DNA of 64,000 bases from Spirochaetia bacterium. Lineage in GTDB: Bacteria; Spirochaetota; Spirochaetia; CADAEX01. Each line of letters begins with the position of its first letter. Position 1 is the stretch's first letter. The translations under genes and the position numbers were made by a program. The notes under the pieces are model-generated. The model was not told where the DNA came from and ran no database searches. It saw only the letters and a program-made list of their open reading frames with translations. The stretch is from NCBI GenBank assembly GCA_045606105.1, contig JAZURI010000011.1, forward strand, positions 64,001 to 128,000. The letters run 5' to 3'. This document shows positions 58,777-64,000 of the stretch, in pieces.

Positions 58777-59592
58777 ATGAAAACAGCATTATCAATCGCA
58801 GGCAGTGACTGCAGCGGAGGCGCCGGAATTCAGGCAGATCTGAAGACCATGACCATGAACGGTGTTTACGGCATGAGTGCAGTAACAGCACTTACAGCCC
58901 AGAACACCACCGGCGTAACAGGTATATCGGAGGTAACTCCCGATTTTCTTGCAAAACAGATAGAGATGATATTCAACGACATCCCGCCCCATGCGGTAAA
59001 GATAGGGATGGTGGCATCGGCCCCTCTCATCAGGGTCATTGCGGAAAAGCTCCGTTTCTACAAGGCGGTGAACATCGTGGTGGATCCTGTAATGGTGGCT
59101 ACCAGCGGTTCAAGCCTTCTGGAATCGGATGCGGTGATTACCATGAAAAAGGAGCTTCTTCCCCTGGCAGACTTGGTTACACCCAACATACCGGAGGCAG
59201 AGGTCCTTTCAGGCATGAGCATAAAAGATAAGGCCGACATGGAAAAGGCGGCTGAAAAAATAGCTCTGGAAAACAGCTGCGCCGTCCTGCTGAAGGGGGG
59301 ACACAGCATAAGCGATGCGGACGATCTTCTCTTTGCCGGCGGAAAGATGAGCTGGTTCAGGGGGCGGAGAATAGAGAATCCCAACACCCACGGCACCGGC
59401 TGTACATTATCCAGTGCCATAGCTTCCAACCTGGCCAAGGGATATTCCATGGAGGAATCGGTACGGCGTTCCAAGGACTACATCTCAGATGCCCTGGCAG
59501 CCATGCTGAATCTGGGAGCCGGCTCCGGCCCGCTGAATCACCTTTTTGACCTTAAGGGAAAGTATGCGGAACAAGTATCTGACAACAACTGA
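58777..59592 (+). CDS. thiD: HMP/HMP-P kinase
   Basis: IAGSD.SGGAGIQADLK, DPVM, TPN, KGGH, HGTGCT motifs. Confidence 0.95.
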   Translation: MKTALSIAGSDCSGGAGIQADLKTMTMNGVYGMSAVTALTAQNTTGVTGISEVTPDFLAKQIEMIFNDIPPHAVKIGMVASAPLIRVIAEKLRFYKAVNIVVDPVMVATSGSSLLESDAVITMKKELLPLADLVTPNIPEAEVLSGMSIKDKADMEKAAEKIALENSCAVLLKGGHSISDADDLLFAGGKMSWFRGRRIENPNTHGTGCTLSSAIASNLAKGYSMEESVRRSKDYISDALAAMLNLGAGSGPLNHLFDLKGKYAEQVSDNN

Positions 59593-60733
59593 AAACAGTC
59601 TTATCTGGTTCGGGGCCGGAGTTTCCATTGCGGAAATACTTACGGGAACCTGCTTTGCCCCTCTCGGCTTCGTAAAAGGGACTGCAGCCATCCTGCTGGG
59701 ACATGTTATCGGCTGCTTCCTGCTTTTTCTTTCGGGCTGCATAGGGGGAACCATAAGAAAAAGCTCCATGGATGCCGTAAAGATGAGCTTCGGTGACCGG
59801 GGAGGCCTTCTTTTTGCCCTTCTCAACATACTGCAGCTGGTGGGCTGGACCTCCATAATGATTTATGACGGGGCCCTGGCTGCAGACGGAATACTCAGCA
59901 CGGGACGATGGCTGTGGTGCCTTGTTATCGGGGGACTTATCACAATATGGCTTATCATAGGAATCAGAAGTCTGGGAAAGCTTAACATATGGATTATGTC
60001 ATCCCTTTTCATACTTACGGTTATCCTGAGTTTTATCGTTTTCGGCAGCAGCGGAAATACAATCCGGAATAACGGAATACTTACATTCGGTATGGCAGTG
60101 GAGCTTTCGGCAGCAATGCCCCTCTCCTGGCTGCCCCTGATCAGTGACTACACCAGGGATGCGGAAAAACCGGTGAAAGCATCAGCAGTAAGTGCTGTTG
60201 TCTACGGAATCGTAAGCTGCTGGATGTATATCATCGGAATGGGAGCCGCCATATTTACCGGAGAATCGGATATAGCACAGATCATGCTCAGGGCAGGACT
60301 GGGAACTGCAGGACTTTTCATCGTGGTTCTTTCCACAGTATCCACAACCTTTCTGGATGCTTTCTCAGCCGGCATCTCCTGGGAATCGGTCTCCGGGGGG
60401 CGTAACGGCAGGAGCTTTGCCATCGGGGTTACAGTAATCAGTACGGCATGTGCTGTCTTCTTCCCGATTACAGACATTACCGACTTTTTATATCTGATAG
60501 GTTCCGTATTTGCACCTATGATTGCGGTTCAGATAGCCGATTTCTTTATAATCAGGCATTACAGCTGCAGCTGTGGATTCAACATACATAATCTGGGAAT
60601 ATGGCTTGCGGGATTCATAATTTACCGTTTCATGATGAGAATGGATTTTGTGCTGGGTGTTACCTTACCGGCCATGCTTGTGACAATTCTGCTTTGTCTT
60701 TTCTTTCACAGAATCAAGAGAGGAAAAACATGA
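59564..60733 (+). CDS. cytX: Putative hydroxymethylpyrimidine transporter (NCS1 family)
   Basis: WFGAGVSIAEI, QLVGW, MPLSWLPLISDY motifs; thi operon context. Confidence 0.85.
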   Translation: MRNKYLTTTENSLIWFGAGVSIAEILTGTCFAPLGFVKGTAAILLGHVIGCFLLFLSGCIGGTIRKSSMDAVKMSFGDRGGLLFALLNILQLVGWTSIMIYDGALAADGILSTGRWLWCLVIGGLITIWLIIGIRSLGKLNIWIMSSLFILTVILSFIVFGSSGNTIRNNGILTFGMAVELSAAMPLSWLPLISDYTRDAEKPVKASAVSAVVYGIVSCWMYIIGMGAAIFTGESDIAQIMLRAGLGTAGLFIVVLSTVSTTFLDAFSAGISWESVSGGRNGRSFAIGVTVISTACAVFFPITDITDFLYLIGSVFAPMIAVQIADFFIIRHYSCSCGFNIHNLGIWLAGFIIYRFMMRMDFVLGVTLPAMLVTILLCLFFHRIKRGKT

Positions 60734-61353
60734 AAAAACGTTGTGTAATAGTGGGCGGGGCTCCGGTGGAAAACTATGCAAGACTCAAAAAGGAGCTGCG
60801 GAGTGATGATTTTGTAATCTACTGCGACTGCGGGCTTAAGCATGAAACGGGACTTGACCGGAGACCGGACCTTATAGTGGGGGATTTCGATTCCCACACC
60901 AGGCCCGAAACAGAGACCGAAACCATAGTTCTCCCCTGCGAAAAGGATGACACCGACACTGTCTTTGCCGTGAAGGAGGGGATGAAACGGGGTTTTTCAG
61001 ACTTCCTGATGATGGGGGTTATCGGAGCCAGGCTGGATCATTCCCTGGGCAACGTGGCCATACTCGGCATGCTGGATAAGGCAGGCTGCCGGGGCAGGAT
61101 CATGGATGACTATTCGGAAATGGAGACTGTATCTGCCTCCCCTGCCATTGTGGAGGATTCCTTTTCATACTTTTCCCTGCTGAACATAAGCGGAGAAGCG
61201 GCAGAAATAGACATCACCGGGGCCAAATACAACCTGTCGGGAGGAGAAATCACCTGTGACTATCCCTACGGAATAAGCAATGAGGTACTTCCCGGACACA
61301 GGGCACAGATAAAAGTGGGAAGGGGATCCCTCCTTTTGATAAAAGTTTATTAA
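60730..61353 (+). CDS. thiN: Thiamine pyrophosphokinase
   Basis: GDFDS, KDDTD, GARLDH, GISNE motifs. Confidence 0.92.
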   Translation: MKKRCVIVGGAPVENYARLKKELRSDDFVIYCDCGLKHETGLDRRPDLIVGDFDSHTRPETETETIVLPCEKDDTDTVFAVKEGMKRGFSDFLMMGVIGARLDHSLGNVAILGMLDKAGCRGRIMDDYSEMETVSASPAIVEDSFSYFSLLNISGEAAEIDITGAKYNLSGGEITCDYPYGISNEVLPGHRAQIKVGRGSLLLIKVY

Positions 61354-61417
61354 AAATATATTTACTGTTTAAAAGTTTCAAGTTATAGTTATACAAAGAA
61401 ATATTTTGGAGGATCAA

Positions 61418-62668
61418 ATGGGATTTTTTGAAGATCACCTTAAAGATACAGACCCTGAAGTCTGGGCTGCAATCGAAGCTGAAAAAGCCAGACAGAACCA
61501 CAACATCGAGCTTATCGCATCAGAGAACAACGTTTCCATGGCAGTTCTTGAAGCAGACGGCTGTGTAATGACAAACAAGTATGCAGAAGGCTATCCTACA
61601 AAGCGCTATTACGGCGGATGCGAATGTGTTGACGTTGCAGAAGAGCTTGCAAGAGAAAGAGCAAAGAAGCTTTTCGGATGTGAATATGCCAACGTACAGC
61701 CTCATTCAGGTGCTCAGGCAAACATGGCAGTTCAGTTTGCAATCCTCAAGCCGGGCGATACAGTCATGGGTATGAATCTTGCTCACGGCGGACATCTTTC
61801 CCACGGTTCCCCGGTAAACTTCTCAGGTACATATTTCAACATCGTTCCTTACGGAGTAGATGAAACAGGATATATCGATTACGCAAAGGTAAGGGAGATT
61901 GCCCTTGAGTGCAAGCCTAAGATGATCATCGCAGGTGCTTCCGCATACCCAAGAGAAATCGATTTCAAGAAATTCAGGGAAATCGCAGACGAAGTGGGTG
62001 CAGTTCTCATGGTGGACATGGCACACATCGCAGGTCTGGTAGCAGCAGGTCTCCATCAGAGCCCAATCCCTTATGCTCACGTAGTAACCACAACCACACA
62101 CAAGACACTCAGAGGTCCAAGAGGCGGTATGATCCTGGCAACACAGGAAGCTGCAGACACATTCAAGTTCAACAAGTGTGTATTCCCTGGTATCCAGGGG
62201 GGTCCTCTCATGCATATCGTGGCAGCAAAGGCAGTAGCTTTCGGCGAATGTCTCAAGCCTGAATTCAAGGAATATGCCGCACAGGTAAAGAAAAACGCAC
62301 AGGTTCTGGCAGAAGAGCTTCTTAAAGCAGGTTTTGCCCTGGTATCCGGCGGTACAGACAACCATCTCATGCTGGTAGACGTATCAGTTCTCGGACTTAC
62401 AGGAAAGGCTGTTGAACAGGCTCTGGACAAGGCAGGAATCAGCGTAAACAAGAACTCCATTCCTTTCGACAAGCAGAAGCCTACAGTTACCAGCGGTATC
62501 AGAATCGGTACCCCTTCCGTAACAACAAGAGGCATGAAGGAAGCTGAAATGGTACAGATTGCTGCATTCATCAAGAGAGCCTGTGACAATATCGACAACG
62601 ATGCTGCATTGGAAGAACTCAAGCAGGAAGTTTACGCTTTTACAGCCAAGTTCCCTATGTATAAATGA
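61418..62668 (+). CDS. glyA: Serine hydroxymethyltransferase
   Basis: [34 protein letters not shown] motifs. Confidence 0.97.
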   Translation: MGFFEDHLKDTDPEVWAAIEAEKARQNHNIELIASENNVSMAVLEADGCVMTNKYAEGYPTKRYYGGCECVDVAEELARERAKKLFGCEYANVQPHSGAQANMAVQFAILKPGDTVMGMNLAHGGHLSHGSPVNFSGTYFNIVPYGVDETGYIDYAKVREIALECKPKMIIAGASAYPREIDFKKFREIADEVGAVLMVDMAHIAGLVAAGLHQSPIPYAHVVTTTTHKTLRGPRGGMILATQEAADTFKFNKCVFPGIQGGPLMHIVAAKAVAFGECLKPEFKEYAAQVKKNAQVLAEELLKAGFALVSGGTDNHLMLVDVSVLGLTGKAVEQALDKAGISVNKNSIPFDKQKPTVTSGIRIGTPSVTTRGMKEAEMVQIAAFIKRACDNIDNDAALEELKQEVYAFTAKFPMYK

Positions 62669-62719
62669 TATTTGACGGATATAAATTTATATATTATATT
62701 TTTTTATAAGGAGTAAAAA

Positions 62720-63259
62720 ATGGCAAACAAATACGCAGGTACAAAAACCGAACAGAATCTCTGGGCTGCATTTGCAGGAGAAAGCCAGGCTAGAAATAAA
62801 TATACATATTTCGCATCAATCGCCAAGAAAGAGGGCTACGAACAGATTTCTGCCCTTTTCGAAAAAACAGCAAACAACGAAAAAGAGCATGCGAAACTCT
62901 GGTTCAAGGAGCTTGAAGGAATCGGCGACACAGCTGCAAACCTGGAAGCTGCCGCAGACGGCGAAAACTATGAATGGACAGATATGTACGAAAACTTTGC
63001 AAAGGATGCAGAGGCTGAAGGCTTCAAGGCTCTTGCTGCAAAATTCAGAGCAGTAGCTGCCATCGAAAAGCATCACGAAGAGAGATACCGCGCACTTCTC
63101 AAGAATGTGGAAACTGCTCAGGTATTCGAAAGAAGCGAAGTAAAGATCTGGGAATGCCGCAACTGCGGACACATCATCGTAGGAACAAAGGCTCCTGAGC
63201 TTTGTCCTGTATGTCTCCATCCAAAGGCATATTTCGAGCTTAACGCAGAAAACTACTGA
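62720..63259 (+). CDS. rbr: Rubrerythrin
   Basis: [19 protein letters not shown]-terminal CxxC...CxxC. Confidence 0.95.
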   Translation: MANKYAGTKTEQNLWAAFAGESQARNKYTYFASIAKKEGYEQISALFEKTANNEKEHAKLWFKELEGIGDTAANLEAAADGENYEWTDMYENFAKDAEAEGFKALAAKFRAVAAIEKHHEERYRALLKNVETAQVFERSEVKIWECRNCGHIIVGTKAPELCPVCLHPKAYFELNAENY

Positions 63260-63279
63260 TTCGTTTTTTACGTACAATG

Positions 63280-63310
63280 AAAAAGGGCTTCGTCATGAAG
63301 CCCTTTTTTT
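63280..63310. terminator. Bidirectional intrinsic terminator between rbr and EamA
   Basis: AAAAAGGGCTTC-GTCAT-GAAGCCCTTTTTTT. Confidence 0.85.
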
Positions 63311-63311
63311 G

Positions 63312-63998
63312 TCATTTGAAGAAAGTCATAAGCAGGGTGCCGACCACCATGAGGGAGAGCCCCAGAGCACCTTTCCGGGAAAGCTCTTCCTTGAACACCA
63401 CATAGGAGAAGGCCACGGTAATAAGGATGCTGAGCTTGTCTATAGGAACTACCACGCTTACCTCTCCGTTCTGGATGGCATAGTAGTAGCAGAGCCAGGA
63501 GGCTCCTGTGGCCAGACCTGAGAGGGAGATAAAGATAAGCTCCTTTCTGTCCAGATGCCGGAGACCGGTATGCTTTCCTTTGCCGAAAACAATAAGCCAG
63601 GCCATCAGCAGAACCACGCAGGTACGGATGGCGGTGCTCAGGTTGGATTCCACCCCGGTAATGCCCACCTTGGCCAGAATGGACTGAAGAGCGGCAAACA
63701 CGGCTGCCAGTACGGCATAGAGCATCCAGCTTCTTCCCTGCACCTGATTGTCGGATTCCTTTTTTTCCACCATAAGAAAAATTCCTGTTCCCAGAATAAG
63801 GGTGGAGAGAAGCTTCATGGCCAGGTTGGAGGTTTCTCCGAAGCATATCATAGCCATGATAACGGTCAGTATTGTACTTGATTTGTCTATAGGGACTACC
63901 TTGTTCACGTCTCCCATGGAAAGAGCCTTGAAATAGCATATCCAGGAAGCACCTGTAGCCAGACCTGAAAGGATGAGAAAAATCAGGGATTCGGTCCT
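63312..63998 (-). CDS. EamA/DMT-family transporter (5'-truncated by window edge)
   Basis: Duplicated LSGLATGASW..Y..A..G.V..VVPIDK repeats. Confidence 0.88.
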   Translation of the reverse strand, partial: RTESLIFLILSGLATGASWICYFKALSMGDVNKVVPIDKSSTILTVIMAMICFGETSNLAMKLLSTLILGTGIFLMVEKKESDNQVQGRSWMLYAVLAAVFAALQSILAKVGITGVESNLSTAIRTCVVLLMAWLIVFGKGKHTGLRHLDRKELIFISLSGLATGASWLCYYYAIQNGEVSVVVPIDKLSILITVAFSYVVFKEELSRKGALGLSLMVVGTLLMTFFK

Positions 63999-64000
63999 GA

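Overview
64-kb gene-dense chromosomal window, most likely from an anaerobic spirochaete. This placement is an inference from gene content and order: prfB-PEGA-ftsY-hyp-lolCDE, def-fmt-PASTA, an orphan FliG-like gene, LysM-ftsK, and desulfoferrodoxin plus rubrerythrin. It is mostly housekeeping: typA, glnA, clpB, trxB, cysE, gpmI, rsmA, comEC, htrA, uvrB, lolCDE, ftsY, prfB (classic +1 frameshift), def, fmt, mrp, ftsK, dapL, a TPP-riboswitch thiamine-salvage operon, glyA and rbr, plus tRNA-Pro(CGG). No CRISPR array, transposase or integrase was seen. Main non-obvious signals: (1) an HMA/CopZ ORF and the CopA ATPase body are joined only by a -1 shift at A10/A-AAA-AAG, followed immediately by a 14-bp hairpin and U-tract, a candidate programmed recoding switch with polarity opposite to E. 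coli copA; (2) an array of paralogous lipoproteins surrounds tRNA-Pro, and a remnant of a further paralogue runs in frame into the tRNA 5' end; (3) an AT-rich, integrase-less one-gene islet is bounded by a perfect 60-bp duplication of an MFS gene 3' end; (4) many first-in-operon genes have leaderless-type promoters.
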